Assembly: GCA_021821305.1 (NCBI GenBank)
Contig: JAKACP010000001.1
Coordinates: forward strand, 641,526 to 705,525
DNA: 64,000 nt
DNA from: a bacterium
GTDB taxonomy: Bacteria; Patescibacteriota; Minisyncoccia; Moranbacterales; UBA1568
Direction of reading: 5' to 3'
This document shows positions 28,001 to 36,962 of this stretch, piece by piece. The position numbers were made by a program, and so were the translations under genes. Below the pieces are notes generated by a model. That model was not told the DNA's origin, did no database searches, and saw only the letters and a list, made by a program, of their open reading frames with translations. Position 1 is the stretch's first letter. Each line of letters starts with the position of its first letter.

Positions 28001-28234
28001 ATGAGAAAGTCTCATGGAAGATGGTCGAGCGCTCGCTCCGACGCGAGATATTGGCTCTGCCGCTGCGATACCTGCACGGTGGTCTACGGACTGCTGAGAT
28101 CCGGATCGAGGCGCCTCCGGGAAGACATCGGCAAGGCGAAGTGCCCAGCATGCGGCACGCTCCTGGTCAGGACCCAGCGCATCAAAGGCGCGCCGGTATG
28201 CTTCATCACCCGAAAGGACGCGAGGCTCGCCTGA
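28001..28234 (+). CDS. small zinc-ribbon protein (77 aa), hypothetical
   Basis: Strong SD caaggagggagaa-ATG; CRCDTC...CPACG cysteine pairs; followed by an intrinsic terminator. Confidence 0.4.
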   Translation: MRKSHGRWSSARSDARYWLCRCDTCTVVYGLLRSGSRRLREDIGKAKCPACGTLLVRTQRIKGAPVCFITRKDARLA

Positions 28235-28245
28235 AACAAGACCCA

Positions 28246-28284
28246 TCCCGCCACCTGAATCATCAGGGGCGGGCTTTTTCTTTT
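28246..28284 (+). terminator. Rho-independent terminator after the zinc-ribbon ORF
   Basis: cccgccacctga-atca-tcaggggcggg stem, then ctttttctttt. Confidence 0.5.
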
Positions 28285-28508
28285 CCCAAGATGGCGGTAT
28301 ACTGGAGCCGTATCAAATATCCTTCCCCGCAGAACCCGAGGCGCGAGCCGGGATATGGGGGAAGAGACAATCCTATGACCCATTCCTTTCGAAAAAATCG
28401 AACGCCTTCTTGCCCATAAGCTCGGCGTTTTTTATTTTGTAGCATGGAACAAGCAGCAGACGGCATCGGTTCTCTTCCCCTGCTCCCTGCTCCCCGCTCC
28501 TTACTCCC

Positions 28509-31500
28509 ATGGCATTCGCCCACCTCCACGTCCACTCCCACTATTCCCTCCTCAATGCGCTCCCCAAGATCGATGACCTCGTCGCTGAGGCGCAGAAGTA
28601 CGGGATGGAGGCGCTCGCGCTCACCGACACGTCCAACCTCTACGGCGCGGTCGAATTCTACATCAAGGCGAAGTATGCCGGTATCAAACCGATCATCGGC
28701 GCCGAGCTCTACGTGGTCAAGGATCATACGAGCAAGACCCCGTCCATGGACGACCGTCCGCGGCACACCATCGTGCTGCTCGCGAAGAACGGGACCGGGT
28801 ACAAGAACCTGCTCAAGCTCGTCTCGCACGCCCAGCTCGACGGATTCTACTACAAGCCCCGTATCGACAAGGGTCTTCTCCGGAAATACGGCGAGGGGTT
28901 GATCGCGCTCTCGGGCAACATGACCGGCGAGATACCGGCGCACCTCATCTACGACAACGTCATCCAGGCCAAGGCCTCCGCGATCGAGTATCAGGAGATC
29001 TTCGGCGAGGGCAACTTCTACCTCGAGCTCGGCGCCAACGTCGACTACGAGAATCAGGCCAACGTGAACGAGGGACTCTATCAGATCCACTCGGAAACCG
29101 GCATCCCGCTCGTCGCCGGCGCCGACGTCTTCTACCTGCGTCCCGAGGACCGCGATACGCACGATATCCTTCTCTGCATCCAGAACAACCGGACGGTACA
29201 GGACGAGAGCCGGCCCAAGCTCACGCATCTCGATCTCTCGTTCCGGTCGCCGGAAGAGATGGAGCGCATCTTCAAGGATTTCCCGGACGCGATCGAAAAC
29301 ACCGCGAAGATCGCCGCGGCCTGCGACGTGGAGATCCACCTCGGCGAGACCCAGCTCCCCCACTTCGACGTGCCGGACGGCCTGTCCCCGGAGGCCTATC
29401 TCCGCACCCTCTGCGAGGAAGGCTTCGTCAGGCGCTACGGCGACGCGCCGATCTCCGACGAACAGCGCGAGCGCCTCGAATACGAGCTCGACATCATCGG
29501 CAAGACCGGATTCGCCTCCTACTTCCTCATCGTCCAGGACTTCGTCAACTGGGCGAAACGCGACGGCATCGTCGTCGGCCCGGGACGCGGCAGCGCCGCG
29601 GGATCGTTCGTCGCCTACCTCACCGGTATCACCGACCTCGACCCGATCAAGTACGACCTCCTCTTCGAACGCTTCCTGAATCCGGAGCGCATCTCGATGC
29701 CTGACGTCGATATGGACTTCGCCGACGACCGCCGCGACGACGTGCTCGACTACGTGCGGCAGAAATACGGTGCGGATCACGTGGCGCAGATCATCACGTT
29801 CGGGACGATGGCCGCCAAGGCGGCGATCCGCGACACCGGCCGCGCGCTCGGATTCCCCTACGCGTTCTGCGACCAGATCTCCAAGATGATCCCGATGTTC
29901 ACCTCGCTCGAAAAGGCGGTCGAGGAAGTGCCCGACCTCCGGAAGCTCTACGAGGAGAACCCGGACGCCAAGCGCGTCATCGACACCGCGAAGAAACTCG
30001 AGGGCAACGCCCGCCACGCGTCGGTGCACGCCTGCGGCGTCGTCGTGACCAAGGACCCGGTCGTCGAGTATTCCCCGCTCCAGCACGTCTCGGGCCACGG
30101 CGAGGGCATGGTGACCCAGTACGCCTCGTCGACCAAGATGAGCGTCGTCGAGAAGATCGGCCTCCTCAAGATGGACTTCCTCGGCCTGAAAAACCTCACC
30201 ATCATCCAGAACACCGTCCGGATCATCCGCGCGCTCGGGAAGTTCCCGGACCTGGCTGAACGGCTCGGCATCGATCCCGAATCGGCCTCGGCCTCCGACG
30301 TCATGGACCATATCCCGCTCGACGACGAGATGACCTACCGGCTCCTCCAGGAAGCCAAGACGACCGGCGTGTTCCAGCTCGAATCCGCGGGCATGAAACG
30401 GTATCTGAAACAGCTCCAGCCGACCGTCTTCGAGGATATCATCGCCATGGTCGCCCTCTATCGCCCGGGTCCCATGGAATACATCCCGGACTTCATCGAC
30501 GGCAAGCACGGCCGCAAGGAGGTGAAGTACCTCCATCCGAAACTCGAACCGATCCTCAAGACCACCTACGGCGTGGCCGTGTACCAAGAACAGCTCATGC
30601 AGATCGGTCGCGATCTCGCCGGATTCTCGCTCGGCGAGGCGGACGTGCTCCGCAAGGCGGTCGGCAAGAAGATCAAGGAACTCGTCGCCGAACAGCGCGA
30701 GAAATTCATTTCCCGCTCGGTCGAGAACGGCGTCCCGAAAAAGGTCGCCGAAAAGGTCTTCTCGTTCATCGAACCGTTCGCCGGCTACGGATTCAACCGC
30801 TCCCATGCCGCCTGCTACGCGCTCATCGGCTATCAGACCGCCTACCTCAAGGCGCACTACCCGGCGGAATTCATGGCAGCACTCCTCACGAGCGACCAGA
30901 GCGATACCGACCGCGTCGCCATCGAGATCGCCGAGAGCAAGCAGATGGGCGTCGAGACGCTCCCGCCTTCGGTCAACGAGAGTTTCGAGGCGTTCGCCGT
31001 GATCCCGGAAAAAGGCGGGGCCGATCGGATCCGTTTCGGTTTGAACGCGATCAAGAACGTCGGCCGTCCCGTCGCCGAGGAAATCGTCCGCCAGCGATCG
31101 GTAGGCGGGAAGTATACCGATCTCGAAAATTTTCTCGAACGTATCCAGGGCAAGGATCTCAACAAGAAATCCCTCGAGGCGCTCGCCAAGGTCGGCGCGC
31201 TCGATGAGTTCGGCGAACGCAACAGACTGCTCGAAAACATCGACGCGATACTCCTCCATTCGAAGAACATCGGCAAGATCCGCGACACCCACCAGGACAG
31301 CCTCTTCGGAGGGCTCACGCTCGAGGCGCCGAAGGTCCGCATGAAGGATGCCCGGGAATCGACGAAGAAGGAGCGGCTTTCGTGGGAAAAGGAACTGCTC
31401 GGCCTCTACGTCTCCGACCACCCGCTTACCGAGTACGTAGGCTACCTGGCCGAAGCGGCCACATCGGTGAAGGAGCTCGAGAAGCATCCCGACGACGCGC

Positions 31501-32048
31501 AGGTCCGCTTGGGCGGCATCATCGCCGCGGCCAAGAAGATCTATGCGAAAAACGGAAGCGAGATGTACTTCGTGACCCTCGAGAACATAGGCGGGCGCGT
31601 CGAGCTCATCGTCTTCCCGCGGGTGGCGGCGCAGACGGAGAATTTCTGGAAGGAGGATGAGATCGTCCTCGTCGAGGGAAAGGTCAACCGCAAGGACGGC
31701 GACGCGAAGATACTCGTCGATACCGCCCGGAAGCTCGATATGGACGAGGTGAACCGCTTCCGGTCCCTTCAGGCGACGAAAACGAAGCGCTCGGCCGATG
31801 CGGCGCAGGAGCGGGAAGAAAACGGACACGGGGAGGAAACGGCCCTCATCCTGCATCTCGATCCGGAAAAAGGGATGGCGGCGGTTGACGGAATCTCCAA
31901 AATCCTCGAGACTGCCCCGAAAGGGACCGCCCGCGTCTTCGTCTCGATCGGAACGGATCGAATCCGGACATCATTCGCGATTACGCCTGGCGAATCGATA
32001 CTGGAGCGATTAAAAAGTGTAGGAGGTGTGGAGCGAATAGAGTCATGA
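28509..32048 (+). CDS. dnaE: DNA polymerase III alpha subunit
   Basis: N-terminal PHP domain (FAHLHVHSHYSLLNA), palm/fingers motifs (GRGSAAGSFVAYLTGIT...PDVDMDF), OB-fold C-terminus; 1179 aa. Confidence 0.95.
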   Translation: MAFAHLHVHSHYSLLNALPKIDDLVAEAQKYGMEALALTDTSNLYGAVEFYIKAKYAGIKPIIGAELYVVKDHTSKTPSMDDRPRHTIVLLAKNGTGYKNLLKLVSHAQLDGFYYKPRIDKGLLRKYGEGLIALSGNMTGEIPAHLIYDNVIQAKASAIEYQEIFGEGNFYLELGANVDYENQANVNEGLYQIHSETGIPLVAGADVFYLRPEDRDTHDILLCIQNNRTVQDESRPKLTHLDLSFRSPEEMERIFKDFPDAIENTAKIAAACDVEIHLGETQLPHFDVPDGLSPEAYLRTLCEEGFVRRYGDAPISDEQRERLEYELDIIGKTGFASYFLIVQDFVNWAKRDGIVVGPGRGSAAGSFVAYLTGITDLDPIKYDLLFERFLNPERISMPDVDMDFADDRRDDVLDYVRQKYGADHVAQIITFGTMAAKAAIRDTGRALGFPYAFCDQISKMIPMFTSLEKAVEEVPDLRKLYEENPDAKRVIDTAKKLEGNARHASVHACGVVVTKDPVVEYSPLQHVSGHGEGMVTQYASSTKMSVVEKIGLLKMDFLGLKNLTIIQNTVRIIRALGKFPDLAERLGIDPESASASDVMDHIPLDDEMTYRLLQEAKTTGVFQLESAGMKRYLKQLQPTVFEDIIAMVALYRPGPMEYIPDFIDGKHGRKEVKYLHPKLEPILKTTYGVAVYQEQLMQIGRDLAGFSLGEADVLRKAVGKKIKELVAEQREKFISRSVENGVPKKVAEKVFSFIEPFAGYGFNRSHAACYALIGYQTAYLKAHYPAEFMAALLTSDQSDTDRVAIEIAESKQMGVETLPPSVNESFEAFAVIPEKGGADRIRFGLNAIKNVGRPVAEEIVRQRSVGGKYTDLENFLERIQGKDLNKKSLEALAKVGALDEFGERNRLLENIDAILLHSKNIGKIRDTHQDSLFGGLTLEAPKVRMKDARESTKKERLSWEKELLGLYVSDHPLTEYVGYLAEAATSVKELEKHPDDAQVRLGGIIAAAKKIYAKNGSEMYFVTLENIGGRVELIVFPRVAAQTENFWKEDEIVLVEGKVNRKDGDAKILVDTARKLDMDEVNRFRSLQATKTKRSADAAQEREENGHGEETALILHLDPEKGMAAVDGISKILETAPKGTARVFVSIGTDRIRTSFAITPGESILERLKSVGGVERIES

Positions 32049-32196
32049 AATCACAAAGCCCAGAACACAAACATCCAAACAAAGCACAACTTTCAAAACA
32101 CGGACATCAATTCCGTACGTTTGTGCTTTCATAGTTTGTGTCCTGTATTTTGTTTGGCATTTTGTGTTCTGAAATCTGTGTCTTTATCTTGAACGT

Positions 32197-33120
32197 ATGT
32201 TCGTCATCCTCGGCCCCACTTCTTCCGGAAAATCCGACTATGCCATACGGCTGGCCAAAAAGCTCGGAGGCGAGATCGTCTCCGTCGACTCGCGGCAGGT
32301 CTATCGCGGGATGGATATAGGAACCGGTAAAATCCCGAGGGATTTTACCGGAAATTACAAATTACAAATTACAAATACCAAACGACGGAATAAAGACTTA
32401 TTTTATTCCGAAGGAGTGCGGCATCATCTCCTCGACGTCGCGAGTCCGAAACGCGACTACAACGTGACGCACTTCCTCCGTGACGCGGAAAAGGCGATCG
32501 CGGACATCGAGCGGCGCGGCAAGGTCCCGATCCTCTGTGGCGGGACGGCGTTCTGGATCGAGGCGCTTCTTCTCGGGACATCGTTTCCCGAAGTGAAGCC
32601 GGATAAGAAACTGCGCGAACGGCTCGGAAAACTTTCCATCGAGGAACTTTTCAAAACGCTCGAAGAAAAAGACCCGGAGCGGGCCGCGACGATCGACCCT
32701 CGCAACAAGGTGCGCATCATCCGCGCCCTCGAGATCGTCGAGGCGCTCGGAAAAGTCCCGAGTATAAGATATGGGATACGAGATACGAGATACGAAAGTG
32801 CGAAAATTTTCGCACTTTCTCCACCGAAAGAAATCCTCCATGCCCGCATCGAAAAGAGACTCAAGGAAAGGCTTGAAAAAGGGATGATCGACGAAGTCAA
32901 ACGCCTCCGCGAGGAAGGCGTCTCATGGAAACGATTGGAGGGATTCGGCCTCGAGTACCGCTGGTGCGCACGATTTCTCCAGGGAAAGATCTCCCGCGAA
33001 GCGATGGAAGCGGAACTCCTGAAAGAGAGCGGACGCTACGCCAAGCGCCAGCTCACCTTCCTCCGCCGCCTCGAACGGAGCGGGCTCGGAATCGAATGGA
33101 TCACGGACATCCCCTCCTGA
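32197..33120 (+). CDS. miaA: tRNA dimethylallyltransferase
   Basis: VILGPTSSGKSDYAIRLA P-loop, SVDSRQVYRGMDIGTGKI, HHLLDV. Contains two AT-rich repeat/palindrome patches in frame. Confidence 0.85.
   Translation: MFVILGPTSSGKSDYAIRLAKKLGGEIVSVDSRQVYRGMDIGTGKIPRDFTGNYKLQITNTKRRNKDLFYSEGVRHHLLDVASPKRDYNVTHFLRDAEKAIADIERRGKVPILCGGTAFWIEALLLGTSFPEVKPDKKLRERLGKLSIEELFKTLEEKDPERAATIDPRNKVRIIRALEIVEALGKVPSIRYGIRDTRYESAKIFALSPPKEILHARIEKRLKERLEKGMIDEVKRLREEGVSWKRLEGFGLEYRWCARFLQGKISREAMEAELLKESGRYAKRQLTFLRRLERSGLGIEWITDIPS
32324..32376 (+). repeat. in-frame AT-rich patch in miaA: 13-bp perfect inverted repeat (ccggtaaaatccc/gggattttaccgg) followed by (aattaca)x3 heptamer tandem repeat
   Basis: Palindrome 32324-32351; heptamers 32353-32373; encodes GTGKIPRDFTGNYKLQITN. 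Confidence 0.8.
32775..32817 (+). repeat. in-frame AT-rich patch in miaA: (gatacga)x3 heptamer tandem repeat followed by a 22-bp perfect palindrome aagtgcgaaaattttcgcactt
   Basis: Heptamers 32775-32795; palindrome 32796-32817; encodes GIRDTRYESAKIFAL. Confidence 0.8.
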
Positions 33121-33150
33121 GGGCCTTCCCGGTATCCCACGGGATCGGTC

Positions 33151-34623
33151 CTAGTCGAGCTTCTTCTTCAGCAGTCCGGTCACCACATTCGGATTGGCCT
33201 TCCCCTTGGTTTCTTTCATGACGGCGCCGATGAGGAACTGGAACGCTTTCTGCTTCCCCTCCTTGAAATCGGCGACGGACTGGGCGTTCGCGGCAAGGAC
33301 GGTATCGATGATGGCGCCGAGCTCTCCCTCGTCGCTCACCTGGGCGAGATTGAGCCGCTCCACGACGTGTGACGGATCGTTGTCGCCCCCTTTGTACATC
33401 TCCTCGAGCACGGTCTGCGCGGCCGAGGAATTGATCTTCCCCGTCGCGGTGATCATGATGAACTCGGCGAAATTTTCCGGGGTGATCCTGATATGCCGGA
33501 TGTCCTCCCCGGTCTTGGAGAAGTGCCGGCGCAGTTCGGTGATCATGTAGTTGGCGGCGAGCTTGCAGGCCTTTTCGAACGGGATATCCGCTTCGTGCGC
33601 GTCGTCCTTTTCCTCGAGCTCGGACACGACCGCCTCATAGTAGGCGGCGAACTCGCGCTCGGCGGTGAGGAGCGCCGCATCGGATTCCGACACGCCGAAC
33701 GACTCCCGGAACCGTTTCGCCTTGGCATCGGGCAGTTCGGGAAGCGACCGACGGAGTTCCTCGACGGAGTTTTCGGTGAATTCGAACGGAGGGATATCGG
33801 GCTCGGGGAAATACCGGTAATCGTGGGCGGATTCCTTCTTGCGCTGGGAAACCGTGGCCTGCCGCCCTTCGTCCCAGCCGCGGGTCTCCTGGACGAGTTT
33901 CTCGCCCGAGTCGAGAGCCTCCGTCTGCCGTCTGATTTCATACTCGATGGCACCGGCGACCGACTTGAAAGAATTGAGGTTCTTGACCTCCACCTTCGTG
34001 CCGGAAAGCCTCTCCGTCCCTTCCGGGTGGAGCGAGATGTTCACTTCGCAGCGCATCTGTCCTTTTTCCATGTCGGCATCCGAGATGTCGAGGTAGCGGA
34101 GGATCTGCTGGAGCTTCTGGCAGAACAGCCTGGCGTCCTCGCCGCTGTCGATATCCGGCTCGGTCACGAGTTCCATCAAGGGCACGCCCGCGCGGTTGAG
34201 GTCGACGAGGGTATAATCCGCGCCGGCGGGGTGCGCCGATTTTCCCGTGTCCTCTTCCATGTGGATGCGGGTGATATCGACGGTCTTTCCCGGACGGATT
34301 TCGAGTTTCCCCTTCTCGCAGAAGGGTTCATCGTACTGGGAGATCTGATACCCCTTCGGAAGATCGGGATAGAAATAGTTCTTACGGTCGAATTTCGAGT
34401 GAAGCCGCAGCTCGCAGCCGAGCGCGAGACCCGTCCGCTGGACGGACTCGATCGCTTTCCGGTTCGGCGTGGGCAACGTCCCCGGCTGGCCGGTGCAGAC
34501 GGGGCAGATATGGATGTTCGGCTCCTTCTCGAGCCCGCGGCCGTTTTTGCACGCGCAGAACATCTTGGATTCGGTCTTGAGTTCGGCGTGGACTTCCATG
34601 CCGATGACTGGGAGGTATTTCAT
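33151..34623 (-). CDS. gatB: Asp-tRNA(Asn)/Glu-tRNA(Gln) amidotransferase subunit B
   Basis: MKYLPVIGMEVHAELKTESKMFCACKN...ICPVCTGQPGTLP. ATG at 34623; the track start at 34638 is a GTG. Confidence 0.9.
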   Translation of the reverse strand: MKYLPVIGMEVHAELKTESKMFCACKNGRGLEKEPNIHICPVCTGQPGTLPTPNRKAIESVQRTGLALGCELRLHSKFDRKNYFYPDLPKGYQISQYDEPFCEKGKLEIRPGKTVDITRIHMEEDTGKSAHPAGADYTLVDLNRAGVPLMELVTEPDIDSGEDARLFCQKLQQILRYLDISDADMEKGQMRCEVNISLHPEGTERLSGTKVEVKNLNSFKSVAGAIEYEIRRQTEALDSGEKLVQETRGWDEGRQATVSQRKKESAHDYRYFPEPDIPPFEFTENSVEELRRSLPELPDAKAKRFRESFGVSESDAALLTAEREFAAYYEAVVSELEEKDDAHEADIPFEKACKLAANYMITELRRHFSKTGEDIRHIRITPENFAEFIMITATGKINSSAAQTVLEEMYKGGDNDPSHVVERLNLAQVSDEGELGAIIDTVLAANAQSVADFKEGKQKAFQFLIGAVMKETKGKANPNVVTGLLKKKLD

Positions 34624-34672
34624 ATAGGGTAAGTACACGTATCACGGATGTCGGATGTCGGATGTCTCGGCA

Positions 34673-35095
34673 TCATTTCCCGCTGCTTCCGAATCCGCCG
34701 TCGCCGCGCTCGGAATCGGAGAGTCCCGCCGCTTCCGAAACTTCGGGCAAATCCACTTTCTGGATGAGCAGTTGGGCGATCTTGTCGCCGACGGCGATCG
34801 TGTGCGGTTCGTTCCCGAGGTTGGCGAGCACGACCTGGATTTCGCCCCGGTATCCCGCGTCGATCACGCCGCCCATCGTCTTCAGTCCCTTCTTCGCGGC
34901 CAGGCCCGACTTGTCCCAGACCAACCCCGCGTAGCCGAACGGGATCTCCATCGCAACCCCGGTCTTCACCACGAGCCGATCACCCGGCTGGATGGCGATC
35001 TCCTCGACAGAATAAAGGTCGAGCCCCGCATCACCCATCGTGGCGCGTGTCGGGAGCTTCGCTCCGGCATCGATTTTTTTCACCTTGAGTACCAT
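34673..35095 (-). CDS. dut: dUTP diphosphatase
   Basis: GDAGLDLYS...KSGLAAKKGL...GVIDAGYRGE...RGDGGFGSSG matches the dUTPase motifs. Confidence 0.9.
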   Translation of the reverse strand: MVLKVKKIDAGAKLPTRATMGDAGLDLYSVEEIAIQPGDRLVVKTGVAMEIPFGYAGLVWDKSGLAAKKGLKTMGGVIDAGYRGEIQVVLANLGNEPHTIAVGDKIAQLLIQKVDLPEVSEAAGLSDSERGDGGFGSSGK

Positions 35096-35098
35096 AGT

Positions 35099-35719
35099 TT
35101 ATTCCTTGTTCTTCCATACGGTCTTCCAGGGCCAGTGGAGTTTCCGTCCGCCCTTCGCTCCGGCCTCCCTGAAAACCCGATCCGCCTCCGCATACAGTTC
35201 GTCGAGCCCGGCGTTGTTCTCGATCAGGAAGTCGGCCCCGTCGAACAGCTTGCGTATCTCCAGCTCCGACTCGAGTTCGGAGTCGCGGAGAAATTCCTCA
35301 TACGTCTTGGTGCTGTCGTCCACGTTCTGCTTGCGTTCGGTGAGACGGGTATGCCGCTTCTTCTGATCCGCGCTGATGTAGAGGAGCCGGAACCCTGGAA
35401 GCGATTCGATACCCGCCACGTCCGACCGGCGCCGCACCCCGTCGATGACGATGAACTCCCGGGAATCGCGCTCGATCTCCTCGACGATCGCCTTGGCGAA
35501 TACGTCCTCCCCGAACGTCTTCCGGATCATGAGCGAGGCTTCGGCGAGATTCTTCCGGCTTTCCGGAATGTGCAGGCGATGCAGGATATCGCGGAGCACG
35601 TCCGAGAACCGGTACATCCCTGCGCCGTATTTCTTCTGATAGTAGCGGGCGATCGTGTCTTTCCCCGACGCTACTTCTCCCGCGATACCGAGAATGACTT
35701 TTTTTCCTTTCTGTTCCAT
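35099..35719 (-). CDS. P-loop nucleoside/nucleotide kinase family protein (dephospho-CoA-kinase/uridine-kinase-like)
   Basis: Walker A ILGIAGEVASGKDT; about 206 aa from ATG 35719 (MEQKGKK...). Exact specificity not resolved. Confidence 0.5.
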   Translation of the reverse strand: MEQKGKKVILGIAGEVASGKDTIARYYQKKYGAGMYRFSDVLRDILHRLHIPESRKNLAEASLMIRKTFGEDVFAKAIVEEIERDSREFIVIDGVRRRSDVAGIESLPGFRLLYISADQKKRHTRLTERKQNVDDSTKTYEEFLRDSELESELEIRKLFDGADFLIENNAGLDELYAEADRVFREAGAKGGRKLHWPWKTVWKNKE

Positions 35720-35822
35720 GGAGGTCGTTGTTGCGCGATTTATTCCGGGTACTCCCCGATTATACCACGAGTCCCGAGCCGCCTCAAAAGAAAAGCCCCG
35801 GACTTTCCGGGGCACCGTACGG

Positions 35823-36521
35823 CTACTGCAGGTTGACCCGGATGCCGGGACCCATGGTCGCCGCGAGCACGACCGATTTCACGAATTTCCCCTTCACGCC
35901 TTCGGGTTTCGACTTCTGCACCGTGTCGAAGAAGGTGTTGGCGTTCTCAAGGAGCGCCGCGGTATCGAACGAGAGCCGACCGATCACCTGATGGACGTTC
36001 CCGCCGTCATCGTTCTTGAAGCTGGCCTTCTTTCCCTTCGAAAGCATCTCCGTCGTCTCGGCGATCTTGGCCGTGACGGTCTCGTTCTTGGGGCTCGGCA
36101 TGAGACCCTTGGGACCGAGGATCTTGGCGACGGTCGCGAGCTTGGGCATCATGTCGGGCGTCGCGAGGAGGATATCGAACGCGGAACCGGGGATGATCTT
36201 CCCTTCCTTGATCTGGGCGATCAGATCCTCTCCGCCGACGAGCACGGCGCCCGCCGCTTCGGCCTCCTTTTCCTTGGCCTTGTCGGAGGTCACGACCGCG
36301 ACTTTCTTCATGCGGCCGGTCCCGTGCGGCAGGACGACGGTGGCGCGCACCTGCTGGTCGTTCTTCTTGGGCTCGATGTTGAGCTTGATATGCGCCTCGA
36401 CCGACTCATCGAATTTCGCGGACGCGTTGCCCTTGATCATCGCTATCGCTTCGGACAGCTCATACTCCTTCGTCATGTCGATTTTTTCCGCGATCGCGCG
36501 GTACTTCTTGCCGTGTTTCAT
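35823..36521 (-). CDS. rplA: 50S ribosomal protein L1
   Basis: MKHGKKYRAIAEKIDMTKEYELSEAIAMIK...VVLPHGTGR...ILGPKGLMPSPK. Confidence 0.9.
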   Translation of the reverse strand: MKHGKKYRAIAEKIDMTKEYELSEAIAMIKGNASAKFDESVEAHIKLNIEPKKNDQQVRATVVLPHGTGRMKKVAVVTSDKAKEKEAEAAGAVLVGGEDLIAQIKEGKIIPGSAFDILLATPDMMPKLATVAKILGPKGLMPSPKNETVTAKIAETTEMLSKGKKASFKNDDGGNVHQVIGRLSFDTAALLENANTFFDTVQKSKPEGVKGKFVKSVVLAATMGPGIRVNLQ

Positions 36522-36581
36522 ACGTTTGTCGTGGTACAGACGCCTTCGACTGCGCTCAGGCTCCCACAAATATTATGATGA

Positions 36582-36932
36582 TTATCTCTCTTCCAAAAGG
36601 AGACTGTTTTTCAGCTCTTCCAACTTTTCGATTTCTTCCTGGATAAGCTCCGAGGTGCCGACTTCCTTGGCGAGCTTGTTCTCGAGAAACCATTCATACC
36701 GATTTTTCAGCTGGTCGATTTCCCGCTCAAGCTGTTCGAATGCCTTGGAATAATCCTGCTCATCGATGGCATCGAGGACCTCATGAAGCCTGATCATCGA
36801 TTCTTCGTCGTATACGGTATTCTCTTCTTCCCCCTCCAAAGCCGTTTCAAAGTGCTTTTTCACGTCACTCCATACTTTTGCCTGTTCCTCGTCCGGCGTG
36901 ATTTCCGGGGCTTGGAACGATTCGAATGACAT
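36582..36932 (-). CDS. hypothetical highly acidic helical protein (116 aa) inserted between rplK and rplA
   Basis: ATG start; MSFESFQAPEITPDEEQAKVW...EEIEKLEELKNSLLLEER; about 30% D+E; no recognisable family. Confidence 0.45.
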   Translation of the reverse strand: MSFESFQAPEITPDEEQAKVWSDVKKHFETALEGEEENTVYDEESMIRLHEVLDAIDEQDYSKAFEQLEREIDQLKNRYEWFLENKLAKEVGTSELIQEEIEKLEELKNSLLLEER

Positions 36933-36962
36933 AGGTTCGTGTTTTCGGATGTTACCGCGAGG

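Noticed and set aside
28263-31856. 1197-aa minus-strand ORF antisense to dnaE. Similar long antisense ORFs: 4367-6073 (-), 13780-15171 (+), 15146-16315 (-), 18804-20486 (+), 39761-41263 (+), 51550-53313 (-), 51669-53387 (+), 58447-60678 (+).
   Set aside because: They are Arg/Gly/Pro/Asp-rich with low-complexity composition typical of stop-codon-poor antisense frames in GC-rich DNA. Each lies opposite a gene with clear homology.
36522-36581. L1-binding autoregulatory site in the rplA leader
   Set aside because: It is only 60 nt and I could not match the 23S-mimic consensus by eye, so it is left unannotated.
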